Below are positions 13,621 to 26,736 of a DNA stretch of 64,000 bases, piece after piece. The notes beneath the pieces were generated by a model. It was not told where the DNA came from and searched no databases. It saw only the letters and a program-made list of their open reading frames with translations. Each line of letters begins with the position of its first letter. Position 1 is the stretch's first letter. Made by a program: the position numbers and the translations under genes. The stretch comes from the human T2T-CHM13v2.0 reference genome, Homo sapiens: the NCBI RefSeq assembly GCF_009914755.1, contig NC_060931.1; one strand, 5' to 3'.

Positions 13621-14409
13621 TCATATAGTTTGGATGCTTGTCCCCTCCAAATCTCCTGCTGAAGTATGATCACCAATGTTAGAGGTGGGGCCTGGTGGGA
13701 GGTGATGGAATCATGTATTAGTCCATTCTCACACTGCTGTAAAGATACTACCCGAGACTAGGTAATTTATAAATAAAAGAGGTTTAATTGACTAACAGTT
13801 CAGCATGGCTGGGGAGGCCTCAGGAAACTTACAATCATGGCAGAAGAGGAATCAGGCTCCCTCTTCACAAGGTGGCAGGAGAGAGTGTGAGCATAGGAAA
13901 AACTTGCCAAACACTTATAAAACCATCAGATCTCATGAGAACTCACTATCATGAGAACAGCATGGGGAAAACCACCCCCATGATCCTATCACCTCCCACC
14001 AGGTCTCTTCCTCAACACCTGGCAATTACGATCCGAGATGAGATTTGAGTGGGGACACAAAGCTCACCCATATCAGATCATGAGTATGGATCCCTCATGA
14101 ATGGCTTAGCACCATCCTTTGGTGATAAGTGAGTTCTTTCTCAGTTAGCTCATGTGAGATCTGGTTGTTTAACAGAGTCTGGAACCTCCCTCTTCTCCCT
14201 CTCTTGCTCTCTCTCTTGCCACGTGTTATGCCAGATCCCTCTATATCTTCTGCCATGTTTAGAAGCTTCTTGATGCCTCACCAGGAGCAGATACTCGTGC
14301 CATGGTTCCTGTACAGCCCACAGAACCGTGAGCCAAACAAATGTCTTTTCTTTATAAAGTATCCAGCTCCAGGTATTTCTTCATAACAACGCAAGAACAG
14401 ACTAACACA
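13621..14409 (+). mobile_element. MST-family MaLR LTR containing a nested THE1
   Basis: atagtttggatgcttgtcccctccaaatctc...gactaacaca; 5-bp TSD agggg on both sides. Confidence 0.88.
13714..14075 (-). mobile_element. THE1 (THE1C/D-like) LTR nested in MST
   Basis: tgtattagtccattctcacactgct...ccatatca, 362 bp; TSD aatca/gatca. Confidence 0.88.
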
Positions 14410-15447
14410 AGGGGTGATATTCAGCTGATAGGCAAGATACAGCCACATCTTGTGCCTGATGCCACAATTTAATATTAAATTCTGAATTTCAGGAGCCTCT
14501 GGGACCTAGCTCCAGCCCAGCATTGAGGCAACCTCCTCATTAGGACATGCCTGTGTTGTTCAAGGGTTAAGTATTTTGTACCTGTGTGGAGAGGTCAGCC
14601 ACATGGTATAAATTTATACCATGGGCTACTAGGCAGTCGTTAAAAGCAATGGCTGTAGATACAAGCTTATATCTTAAAAAACTAGCTCTTGTGCAAGTAA
14701 ATTATTCTAGATCAGTGGCATTTACAGAAATTAAAAATTGCATGCACACAAAGCTAAAATGTGCATTTTGTAAGAATACATTCAAAAGGTGAGACGCGCA
14801 AACGATACATTAAAATGATTGCTTAGGGAAGAAAAGAGAACTGGGGTGAATAATGGCAATTAAATGGAGTGAGTGAGTGAATGAATGAATGAATGAATGA
14901 ATAAAAACAAGATGGGCCATGCACAAGTCCAGAGGGCATACATGAAGTAAGGAGTATGGCCAACTCAATTATCTTCCTCTAGAGTTCAAAGTGAGAAAGT
15001 ATTAGCTAAAACACACCACCACGAGCCAGGCACTGTTGAAAGCACTTTGCATATATTAACTCATTTGATCCTGACAACATTCCCAAACCTGTCCAGGTCC
15101 TATTTGCCTTTGGATGCAGTCTTGGCCATTTTCCTCTCTCTGCTGTATCCTAGCAGTGTTAACGTTGTTCCAGTGGCTTCCAGAGCAGCCAACATTGACC
15201 AACCAGAGCCGCAGAAGAAAAAGGTGGGAGAGTGGTCCTGCAGTTGGTTGGTAAGCCATCTAAAGGCGTGCACTGGGGACTGTGTTAATTTCATAGTGCT
15301 GCCCCCAGATATACCACTGATTTAGTGGCTTAAATCAATGCGAATGCATTATTGACAATTCTGTAGGTCAGAAAATTGAAATTGGTTCCACTGTGCTAGA
15401 ATCAAGGTGTCAAGGGGACCATATTCCTCTTTCTGGAGGCAGTAGGG

Positions 15448-15987
15448 TGGCGGTCCCCAACTGCTTTGGCACCAGGGACCGAATTTGTGGAAGACAGTTT
15501 TTTCATGGACCACCAGCAGTTGGTGGGGGTGGTAGTTTCTGGATGATTCAAACACATTACATTATTGTGCACTTTATTTCTCTTATTCTATTATTACACT
15601 TTATTTCTATTGTTACATTGTAATATATAGTGAAATAATTATACAACTCTTCATGATGTAGAGTCAGTGGGAGCCCTGAGCTTGTTTTCCTGCAACTAGA
15701 TGGTCCCATCTGGGGCTGATGGGAGACAGTGACAGATTATCAGGCATTAGATTCTCATAAGGAGCATGCAACCCAGATCCCTTGCATGCGCAGTTCAAAA
15801 TAGGGCTCACATTCCTGTGAGAATCTAATGCCACTGCTGATCTGACAGGAGGTGGAGCTCTGGAAGGAATGTGAGTGAAGGGGTTCAATTGTAAATCCAG
15901 ATGAAGCTTCACTTGCTCGCCCTCCACTCACTTCCTGCTGTGCCATCCAGTCCTAAGAGGCCATGGCCTGAGGGTTGAGGACCCCTG
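15448..15987 (-). mobile_element. MER1A (hAT-Charlie)
   Basis: gcggtccccaac...ggttgaggacccctg; internal ggcattagattctcataaggag. Confidence 0.92.
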
Positions 15988-16140
15988 CCCTGGGGGATAG
16001 TCTATTTCCTTGCCCTTTTCAGCTTCTAGAGGCTGCTCACATCACTTTTCTCAGTTCATACCCCTTTCTCTGTTTTCAAATCCAGCAACATTGCATCTCT
16101 CTGACAATTCTCCCATAATCACAGCTCCCTCTCTGACTCT

Positions 16141-16437
16141 TTTTTTTTTTCAGACGGGGTCTTGCTCTCTTGCCCAAGCTGGAGTGCAGTGATGCTATCA
16201 TAGCTCCCTGCAGCCTCAACCCCCTGTGCTCAAGTGATCCTCCTTTTTCAGCCTCCCAAGTAGCTGGGAACTACAGGCATGCACCATGATGCCCAGCTAA
16301 TTTTTAAATTTTTCTTTTGTAGAGATGGAGTCTTGCTATGTTGCCCAGGCTGCTATCAAACTCTTAGGCTGAAGCAATCCTCCTGCCTCAGCTTCCCAAA
16401 GTTCTGGGATTATAAGCATGAGCCACTGTGCCCAGCC
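16141..16437 (-). mobile_element. AluJ
   Basis: TSD tccctctctgactct on both sides. Confidence 0.92.
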
Positions 16438-17094
16438 TCCCTCTCTGACTCTGACCTCAGCTGGAAAAGTTTCTTTTAAGGACTCATGTGATTAGGTTGA
16501 GCACACCTAGATAATCTGATATGATACCCTCATCTCAAAGTCCTTAACCTTAATCACATCTGCAAAGTCATTTTGTCCATGTAAGATAACATATTCACAC
16601 GTTCTGGGGATTAGGAACATCTTTAGGGGGCCATTATTCTGCCCACCAAAGAAATGAACTGAAATATTTTGGGGTGAAATGATGCCAAAGGAGAAAGATG
16701 GAGTTCTTCCTGGGCTGGGTAGAAAAGAAGGGAATTTGCTGATGACATTGGTGTCCACGTGACCTCATGTTTAATTTAAACATTGATGAAGTCTGCCAAC
16801 ATTTGAGTTACACTTAGAATAGAGTCATTTGCAAAAGATCAAAAAAGATCCTGGAAAAAGAATAAGAGAATCAAAGGGGTTGAGGGAAGCAGTTTCCAGA
16901 CTCAGATTAACCGCAGAGTGGGGAGGGTAGAGGTGGAGGGTGTGGTGTGGGAGGGTTGAAGGGGGCAGTGTGAGGGTGGGGAGGAGTTGCAGGCTCCCCA
17001 GATGTACTGTGAAATGTGAAAATGAATGGGTGAAGAGAAGAAAAAAGCTGAAAAGTATACATTTCCTTGTCTTTCATAAAATAAAGCTAAGATA

Positions 17095-17420
<326 letters not shown>

Positions 17421-17425
17421 CTAAG

Positions 17426-17487
17426 ATAACTAAGCTCTCCAATAAAAATAGCAAAACCAGCTATTTTTTATTAGAGAGCTTAGTTAT
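17426..17487. repeat. Near-perfect inverted repeat, ~27-bp arms, 7-nt loop
   Basis: ataactaagctctccaataaaaatagc-aaaacca-gctattttttattagagagcttagttat. Confidence 0.9.
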
Positions 17488-17652
17488 GGAGAGAGAATTT
17501 TGGTGTTAATGTTTTAAGGGAATTCCTAGCAGAATCAAAACTGCACGTTTGTCTTCCAAATGAGTGACAAAAATGAAAACAAGTAGAGCATTGCCCAGAC
17601 ATCAGAAGGCCAAATAGAAGATTCAATAGCAGAATATTAAAATACAGCATGA

Positions 17653-17723
17653 AATAGACTGACAGAGGCTGGATCTGTCAGTCCTCTGTCAGTCTATTAG
17701 TGTAAGGAGGCACTTACACTAAT
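17653..17723. repeat. Two overlapping perfect inverted repeats (16-bp and 11-bp arms)
   Basis: aatagactgacagagg(14 nt)cctctgtcagtctatt and attagtgtaag(6 nt)cttacactaat. Confidence 0.9.
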
Positions 17724-18094
17724 GATTTGTACCTAATGGTGTAAATTCCACTGCCAAGAAATGAAGACTCTCACACTACAGGACTGTATTTGTTTAATGA
17801 ATTGCTGCTTGTGAGACATCTCGCTAAAGCTAAATGACCTCAACAGTCTGAAAGCAAAGTTGAGAAAGGCAATATTAATTTAAACAGAAAAGGTGAATTC
17901 TAGTATAGAAAATAGTAAAATAACATCTAAGGCAAAACTATTGACCATGACAAACAGGAAAATTACTTATGATAAAAATCTATAATCAATAATATAATTT
18001 TGAGATTATCAAAGTTTTATTCTTTGAATCAATATAATAAATAAAATACAACCCATGGGAAACACAATTCATAACTAGAGAATATACATATATA

Positions 18095-18390
18095 TTTTTT
18101 TGAGACAGAGTCTCGCTCTGTCGACCAGGCTGCAGGGCAGTGACATGATCTTGGCTCACTGCAACCTCTGCCTCCCCAGTTCAAACGATTCTCCTACCTC
18201 AGCTCCCAAGTAGCTGGGATTACATGCACCTACCACCACGCCTGGCTAATATTTGTATTTTTAGTAGAAACAGGACTTCACCAGCTTCACCATTTTGGCC
18301 AAACTGTCTTGAACTCCTGACCTCAAGTTATCCACCCACCTCGGACTCCCAAAGTGCTGAGATTACGGGTGAGAGCCACCTCACTCAGCC
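18095..18390 (-). mobile_element. Alu (AluS-type)
   Basis: Dimeric Alu. Confidence 0.93.
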
Positions 18391-18735
18391 TAGAGGATGA
18401 TTTTGATTGTTATATGTTAATGACAAATTAAGGATCCAAAAATTAAATATGGATATAAATTATATAAACAATGAAAGTAAATTAGATGGAATGAATAGAA
18501 TAAGGTTTTTTTACTTCATTGAAAATATACCGTCTTTTCTTTTGTTTATGATTATTTATACAAATGGTTATATGATACACACTAAAAAGCACAAAGATTC
18601 AAAAAAAGCATTCAATCAATATAGAATTTTGACAACGTTTTATTAAATAACAATTGTCTCAAAACTCAAGGTTAAAACCACAGATTATTCAGAAAATAAG
18701 AAAACTTCTTTTTATTTTAAAACACTATAGAAACA

Positions 18736-19024
18736 GGCCTGGTGTGGTGTGGTGGCTCACACCTGTAATCCCGGCGCTTTAGGAGGTCGAGGCAGGTGGA
18801 TCACCTGAGGTCAGGAGTTTGAGACCAACCTGGCCAACATGGCAAAACCCCGTCTCTACTAAAAATACAAAAATTAGCTGGGCGTGGCGGCACATGTCTG
18901 TAGTCCCAGCTAATTGAGAGGCTGAGGCAGGAGAATTGCTTGAACCTGGGAAGTGGATATTGCAGTGAGCCGAGATCGTATCACTGCACTCCAGCCTGGA
19001 CAATGGAGTATGACTCTGTCTCAG

Positions 19025-19067
<43 letters not shown>
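18736..19067 (+). mobile_element. Alu (AluS-type) with (CA)n tail
   Basis: Dimeric Alu followed by about 20 CA units; cact(a/g)tagaaaca on both flanks. Confidence 0.93.
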
Positions 19068-19070
<3 letters not shown>

Positions 19071-19163
19071 TAAAACAAACCCTGCCACCAAAACCACTGT
19101 AGAAACATATATTCAGTCATGTGCCACATAATGACATTTGGATCAATGATGAATTGTTTCTAT

Positions 19164-19212
19164 GAGCCTGAGCAAAAGAGTGAGACTCCATCTCAAAAAA
19201 TAAATAAATAAA
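19164..19212 (+). mobile_element. Alu 3' fragment
   Basis: gcctgagcaaaagagtgagactccatctcaaaaaataaa. Confidence 0.8.
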
Positions 19213-19526
19213 ACGCCAACAATTTCAAAAAATGAAACTAAATACTTGAAATTAGAAAAAAGGAGGTGTAACAATAGAAAATAATAATGCACTTATAACG
19301 CATGATTACAGATGCAATTATGAGATGTACATAATTACATTCTATTAATAATGAAACATCTTAATGAGATATATTATTTTTACATAACATAAATTGACAA
19401 TGGCAAATTGATATAAGATCAAATAAGAATCTGAAATATACTAGGGGATGAAACAACTGAGAAATATTTAATGTGGGCGTTTTCTGCTCCCTGTCTTTAC
19501 AAAAAGACAGAAAGCTATAAAATTTA

Positions 19527-19829
<303 letters not shown>

Positions 19830-20400
19830 CTATAAGGTAGATGTTTCTGTTCCCAATATCTAACCAAAATAACCAAAAGTATTTTAGAATAATCTCACTT
19901 GTGAATACAAAACTATGTGATTAATAACAATGTCAATAAGTAGAATGTAATGATACATTAAAATAATAAGATAAAAGCACAAAGGGTTTATCTTAAGTAT
20001 AGAAGTGACCAATATTAAGAAAAACATTAATATATTACTATAGCTTATATTACCATCTCTGAAAAATGAGTCTATAAATCAATAAATGAGTAGATATTAA
20101 AGGGTGTTTTGTCAATTCAATCCATTATTATTTTAAGGTCTTAGAAAGACATATAGGAATAAGAGAACACTTCCTTAATATTATCAAGAATATATTATAA
20201 GCTATTAAGAATAATTGACACCATGCTCCAAGGAGACGTAAGCCCTCTAAGGATTTCTCTTCAAACAAAGCACCTAAGAAAAATACCTTGCCTGCCTTTT
20301 TAGTTAATTCACTTTTGAAAGTTATGAGAACCAGTTTTGTGTATCTTGGCTATCAGGGAGGTTAGGGTCTCAGCTTTTATCTGAAAGAACTCTAAGTATC

Positions 20401-20801
20401 TGATATAATTTGAAAGTATGTCCCCTTGAAATCTCATGTCAAAATATGATCCCCAGTGTTAGAGGCGTGTGGGTCATGGGGCGGATCCCTCATGAATGGC
20501 TTGGTGCCTGCCCCAGAGTAATGAGTGAGTTCCTGCTCTGTTAGTTCACTGAAGAGCTGGTTGTTTAGAGGAGCCTGGCACCTCCTCTTCCTCTCTTGCT
20601 TCCTCTCTCTCCATGTGATACACTGGCTCCCCATTCACCTTCTGCCATGACTGGAAGCTTCCTGAGGTTCTCACCAGAAGCAGATGCTGGCACCATGCTT
20701 CTTGTACGGCCTGCAGAATCATGAGCCAAATAAACCTCTTTTCTCTCTAAATTACCCAGTCTCAGGTATTCCTTTATAGCAATTCAAAATGGACTAACAC
20801 A
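20401..20801 (+). mobile_element. MST-family MaLR LTR
   Basis: tgatataatttg...ggactaacaca; TSD gtatc/gtaac. Confidence 0.88.
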
Positions 20802-21107
20802 GTAACCTCGAGGCACAACTCTCTTCCTGCTGCCAGGTGGGGCACTGCTTGCTTTCCCACCAGGTACTGCTTTGGAAACACAGCACAATGAAAAGCAGAG
20901 AGCTCACCTTGATTTCTTAGGGGTGATCTAGTCTTAACCCCTCATTTTGCACATGAGAACACTGAACTTCAGAAAGGAAAAGTGAGTTACATAAGAGCAA
21001 ACACCTACTGGCAGAGCTAAGGATAAAAAATCACAATTTACAGAACACCCGCCACTCACTCCTCAAACAGCCTTAGGGAAAAAATGCACTGCCTGTTACA
21101 TTCTGTT

Positions 21108-21399
21108 ATTTTGTTTTTTGTTTGTTTGTTTTTTGAGACAGAGTCTCGCTCTGTCACCCAGGCTTGAGTGCAGTGGCATGATCTTGGCCCAGTACAACCT
21201 CCAGTTCCTGGTTTCAAGCAAGTCTCCTGCCTCAGCTTCCCGAGTAACTGGGATAGCAGGTGCCCACCACCACGCCTGGCCAATTTTTGTATTTTTAGTA
21301 GAGATGGGTTTTCACCATGTTAGTCAGGCTGGTCTCGAACTCCTGACCTCAAGTGATCCATCCCCTCCTCGGCCTCCCAAAGTGCTGGGGTTACAGGCC
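21108..21399 (-). mobile_element. Alu (AluS-type)
   Basis: Dimeric Alu. Confidence 0.93.
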
Positions 21400-21552
21400 C
21401 TATGACGTTCTTGCAGGTGAGAAGAGTGAGACTTGGAGGCATTCAATAACTGTCCTAAGATAAAACAGTAAGAAGAAGCAGAGCAGACAGAGCACCCAGG
21501 ATGTTTGTTATTTTTATTTTTCATAACATTTCATAAAATAATGTTATAATGC

Positions 21553-21554
<2 letters not shown>

Positions 21555-21593
<39 letters not shown>

Positions 21594-21878
21594 CTGAGAC
21601 AGACTCTTGCTGTCACCCAGGCTGGAATGTAGAGGCACAGTCATAGCTCACTGTAGCCTTGACCTCCCCTGCTCAAGGTATCCTCCCACCTCAGACTTAT
21701 GAGAAGCTGGGACTACAAGTGCGCACCACCACACCTGGCTAATTTTTTTTTTTTTTAATTTTGCAGAGATGGTGGTCTCGATATGTTGGTTGGCTGATCT
21801 CGAACGGGGTTGAAGCAATTCTCCTGCCTCGGCCTCCCAAAGTCTTGGGATTACAGGTGTGAGCCACCATACCCAGTC
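21555..21878 (-). mobile_element. AluJ with (CT)n tail
   Basis: (CT)n at 21556-21590, then a J-type Alu. Confidence 0.9.
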
Positions 21879-22823
21879 TTGTACCTCTTTTAAATATTTG
21901 TTCACTATTTATTCAATGAGGTCAGGATCAGCATATCACCAACCATGTCAAGGGCAAATCACCAAAGCAGAAGTCCAGAGCAGAGACCACATTTCTGATT
22001 TAGTATGACAGGTTGACCTGCCCTGGGACCCTGTCTCTTAATCTGGTTCAGAGACAGAGTTTTGGATTGGAACTCAAATTTGCTGGTTCCATAGCCTGTG
22101 TACTGGGCTATGGCACTCAGACCTCCTGATTCCTGGACAAGTGTACTTTCCTTGTGAACCCCTCTCTGAAAATCGAAAATGAACATGGCACGGTTTTCTC
22201 CATCCAGGTCATTCCAGAGGTACTTCTTGTCCACCTACTTTGTGCAGAGTAATAAGCATGGGACCAGGCAGGCAGGGTCTAGCCTCACCTAGAGGATAAG
22301 ACCAGGCTGAAACATGCAACTGCATTTGCAGGCTGTGGTTTAACATTTGTCTCTGGAAATTCCAGCCAGGTGGGGCTGGTCTTGACTTTTCTGGCAGGAA
22401 TTTCTTTAGGAAGCTTTCTTTTCTGGTTCCTGATGTTTGGCTTTCTGCAGGAAGGTGCCTGTAAACCTTCTTCCCATGGATTCTGACCTTGCTGCTTGTA
22501 ATCTGATCTTTGCTTTGCTCTTTCTTGCAGGAAAAAGCTTCCACTGCACAACTGGAAGAAACCACTGCCTTGGGAATTTTCTGTCCTGCAACCCTCAGCT
22601 ACCCCCTTCTGGAATGCTGCCACCATGACTGCTAGAGACACTTCGTGGAAGCCCACAGGACGTGTCACCTTTTCTCATGGGCTCATTTTGTGGGCCAGGC
22701 ACAAGCTTCTGTTCATTCCACCTATGGGGTTTGTAGGTCAACTCTCTGCAACACCTGTTTAATCTCTAGAAGAAATGCTGATAAAACTTGGAAATGTCGT
22801 AGCTTAGGTATCTTCATTTTGAT

Positions 22824-23651
22824 TGAAACAAATTTTGCAAAAATTATGACCGTGAGAGAAATATGACATAGAAAAATTACGACAGGGAAAGAAATCTCAC
22901 CTAACTCATTCCATCTTGCTTCTAACCTCCAAGCTGCTTTTGTTCAATCCTGGACATAGACCAACCTAACCATGGGAGAAATTTAATTTATAGTTTAACT
23001 CTGAATCAAGGATGAGTGTCCCTTTCTAAAACAGACCCCCTCCTTGTCCTGATACTGAAACCACCTTTGTAAGACCCAGGAAAGACCACGAAATTGAGAT
23101 TATAGGAAGGGTCTGAATTCTGCTAAGATGTAGGCATAGTTAAATAATAACCTGCCATTGTTCCATAGCTTGCTTTCTTATAATCCCTAATCACTCAGGA
23201 TTCATGAAGCCACAGGTCATAAGATTTGTGACTTCCCCAATTGCTCATATAAATAACATCACTACTGTAGAATCTCAGAGGGGCCTTTTGAGATGTTTTC
23301 CAGACTTTTGCATTGTGACAACTAACTCCACTTGAACCCATGACTCATGACTCAACCAGTCCTGTGGTCCCCACCCAAAGGCTGACTCAGCAGACGAGGA
23401 CTGTTTTCCACACCCCTATGATTGTATCTCCAACCAATAAACAGCACCCATTGCTTAGCCTCTCCCGGGCCAAATTATCCATGAAAACCTTAGCTTCCAA
23501 GCTTTCAGGGAGACTGATCTGAGTAATAAATTTCTATCTCCTGCTTAGCTGGCTCTGTGTTTATTAAACTCTTTCTCTATTGCAATACTGCTGTCTCGGT
23601 AAATTGGCTCTATCTGTGCAGTGGGGGAGAAGAATCCATCAGGCAATTACA
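22824..23651 (+). mobile_element. LTR8-family (ERV1) solo LTR
   Basis: tgaaac..tttgcaaaaattatgac...ccatcttgcttctaacctccaagctg...ggcaattaca; 4-bp TSD tgat/cgat. Confidence 0.85.
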
Positions 23652-24061
23652 CGATTACTCCTTAATATTTAATTAACAGCAATAGTCATAAAGCACTATT
23701 TCCACACAGTCCTCAGAGGCCCAGTGACATAACCATGACACTCAAGTTCTTCAAAGTGATGCCTTAAACTTTCTGGGCTTTGTTCGCGTCCCAGATATGA
23801 TGGAAATCGTTTCATTGCTTCCCTTTAGGAAGTTAAACTTATTTCTGATTCATGCCCTAACTGCATCCAGTTCTCTCTCCTGTAGTATTTTCTGCTCAAA
23901 CCAAATGGGGCTTGTTGCATTTTTATCCTCATCCACAGCATGTATTTCTACACTGCCACCCCTTTGTCCAAGCCATTTCTTTTGCCTGAGATGCCATTCT
24001 CATGGATGGATCTCTGCCTTCCCACAGTCCACTCATGCTTCAAAATGCCTCTGAAAATAAA

Positions 24062-24555
24062 GATATCAAAAAGACACCTGCACTTGTATGTTTATCACAA
24101 CATTATTCACAGTAGCAAAGATGTGGAATCCACCTAAGTGCCCATCAATGGAAGATTGGATTTTAAAAATGTGCTATATAAATACCATGAAATACTACTC
24201 AGCCATTAAAAAGAATGAAATGAAATCTTGTCGTTTGTAGCAACACGGATGGAACTGGAGGTCATAATCCTAGGTGAAATAACTCAGGAACGGAAAACCA
24301 AATACCTCACAGTCTCACTTGTAAGTGAGAGCTAAACAATGGGTACACGTGGACATACAGAGAGAATAATAGACAGTGGAAACTACGAGAGGTGGGAGGC
24401 TGGGAGGGGCTGAGGGCTGAAAAAGTACCTACTGGGTACAATGTTCACTATTCGGGTGATGGGTACATGAAAAGCCCAGACTTCACCACTCCACAATATA
24501 TTCCCTAAGAAACCTGCACTAGCACTCCCTAAATATATAGAACTACAAAAAAATT
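24062..24555 (+). mobile_element. L1PB-like 3' end
   Basis: aaaagacacctgcacttgtatg...gggtacaatgttcactattcgggtgatgggtac...aaaagcccagacttcaccact. Confidence 0.9.
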
Positions 24556-24720
24556 TAACCCAAAACAAACAGAAAAGCGCTTCCAAATGACAGATGTTTT
24601 ATGCTGTGCTATGGAATGTGGGGAACACATTCAAAATTCAGAGATTTTTTATGTCTGCCTCAGCAGGTTCTTTCCGCTGGGCTCCCTCTTGTCTCTGACA
24701 AACTAGGATGCATGGAGAGA

Positions 24721-24721
<1 letters not shown>

Positions 24722-24758
<37 letters not shown>
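24722..24758. repeat. (CA)n microsatellite
   Basis: About 18 CA units. Confidence 0.95.
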
Positions 24759-24761
<3 letters not shown>

Positions 24762-24834
24762 TAAATACATATATACATACTTATAACTACATATATACAT
24801 ATTTATAACTAACATATGCATACATATGTATCAC

Positions 24835-25296
24835 ATCTGTCTGTATCTGCTTATCTATCTCTATATCCATCTATAACTATTTATCTACCTCTGTATCCAT
24901 CTATTTCTATCTATCTATCTATCCGTTTCTCTCTCTCCATCTATACATATCTATCTATGATCTATGTATCGATCTATTGATCTCTATCTATGTATCTATC
25001 CCTATTCATCTATCCATATTCCTATCCATCCATTTTTTCTCTCCATCTATACATATCTATCCATCTCTTCCTCTATACCTGTCTATGTATGTATGTATGT
25101 ATGTATGTATCTATCTATCTATCTATCTATTCCTATTCATCTGTTTCTCTCTCTCCATCTATACATATCTATCTGTTATCTATCTACCTATCTATTCCTA
25201 TCCTATTTATCTCTCCATCTATACATATCTATCTACCTATCATCTATCTATTATCTATCTACCATCTATCTATTGTCTATTATCTTTCTATCTATC

Positions 25297-25339
<43 letters not shown>

Positions 25340-25363
25340 ATCTATCTCTCTATCTATGTATCT
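24835..25363. repeat. Complex (TCTA)n/(TATG)n repeat, ~530 bp
   Basis: Degenerate TATC array with embedded longer units. Confidence 0.95.
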
Positions 25364-25389
25364 AATTTATTCTTCACAGTATGGCTTTG

Positions 25390-25500
25390 TGTCATTTATC
25401 TTTTATTGCTTCCAACAACACTCTGGGGTATAAACTAGTGTTATCCTCATTTTCAGAAGCAGAAACTGAGATGCAGAGAGATAAAGCAACTTGTCCATTT
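25390..25500 (-). mobile_element. MIR
   Basis: tcctcattttcagaagcagaaactgagatgcagagagataaagcaacttgtcc. Confidence 0.75.
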
Positions 25501-26210
25501 TTCCTCTGAGTTTATCCCATTGGAACTTTGGGACCCGATCTCTTATAAATATATTCTCCAGAGCATCTAGCACCATGCTTGCTTATTAAACGAATGAACA
25601 CACGTGTTCAAAAAATAAGAGAATGTCTCAGGATGCTACAGTCTGATTTGCTTCCAGGCCTACTGCTGGTTGGGTCCGTGCATGTAATGTCAGGGGTGGA
25701 TAACTTGGCTGCTATGACATATTCCATTTGAGGAATAATTTAGAAGTGTGGCCGCAAGATAAAAATGTCAGTCTGGCTCTGGGTTAACCGGTGTTTCTAA
25801 TTAAGCCACGATATACAGTGCTCACAGCCAAATACAGTGTGGCTCCGGCGATAACTCAGCAAATAGTGTGTTGTCTTCATTATCTCATTCCCTGACATTT
25901 CCCTGATGAGATTATAAATCCCTGTGGAATCATGGCCTCGATCTCTTTAATGAGGCCTTTAAAAACCGGGGAAAATTGTAGCAGCAGATAAGGTTGGCTC
26001 CGCTGTAGACCTACTTTATAGAGATTTCTCCTCCCCTTAGTGAAGTAAACACCATTTGCTAGACCAAGGAGTTTAATTCCATGTGAATTGTTCAGGGCAT
26101 ATGATTAATTCAAGCAGCAAACAAATATTAAAAGCAGTTTCTGTCTTCCCTGACCTAGTGGGTAACAGAAATGGAAATATTCCTTTGCTCTAGTAAAGAG
26201 AAGAGTAGAG

Positions 26211-26563
<353 letters not shown>

Positions 26564-26736
26564 CTAATATTCAATGTTTACTGACCCCCTACTGTGTGCT
26601 AAACCATGGGGTAGGTGCTGAGGTTACAGCAATGAGTAGGGAACTTGGAGAAAGCTATGCAGTGGCATGAAAAGTACTGAGAACCATCAATCCATCAATG
26701 AGTAGGAGGAATACATAACCCTGATGGGCCAGACAT

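Larger units (their letters stand above)
15281..16648 (-). mobile_element. MLT1 (MLT1C/D-like) LTR interrupted by MER1A and AluJ
   Basis: ggcttaaa...ttctggaggc | ttcagcttctagaggctgc | ttaatcacatctgcaaagtc...ttattctgcccacca. Confidence 0.8.

Noticed and set aside
21959-22668. Cluster of overlapping minus-strand ORFs suggesting a processed pseudogene
   Set aside because: No recognisable protein similarity, poly-A tail or TSD; a BLASTX search would be needed to exclude it fully
24964-25438. Three overlapping 133-153-aa ORFs
   Set aside because: Translations of the (TCTA)n array (YLSI repeats)
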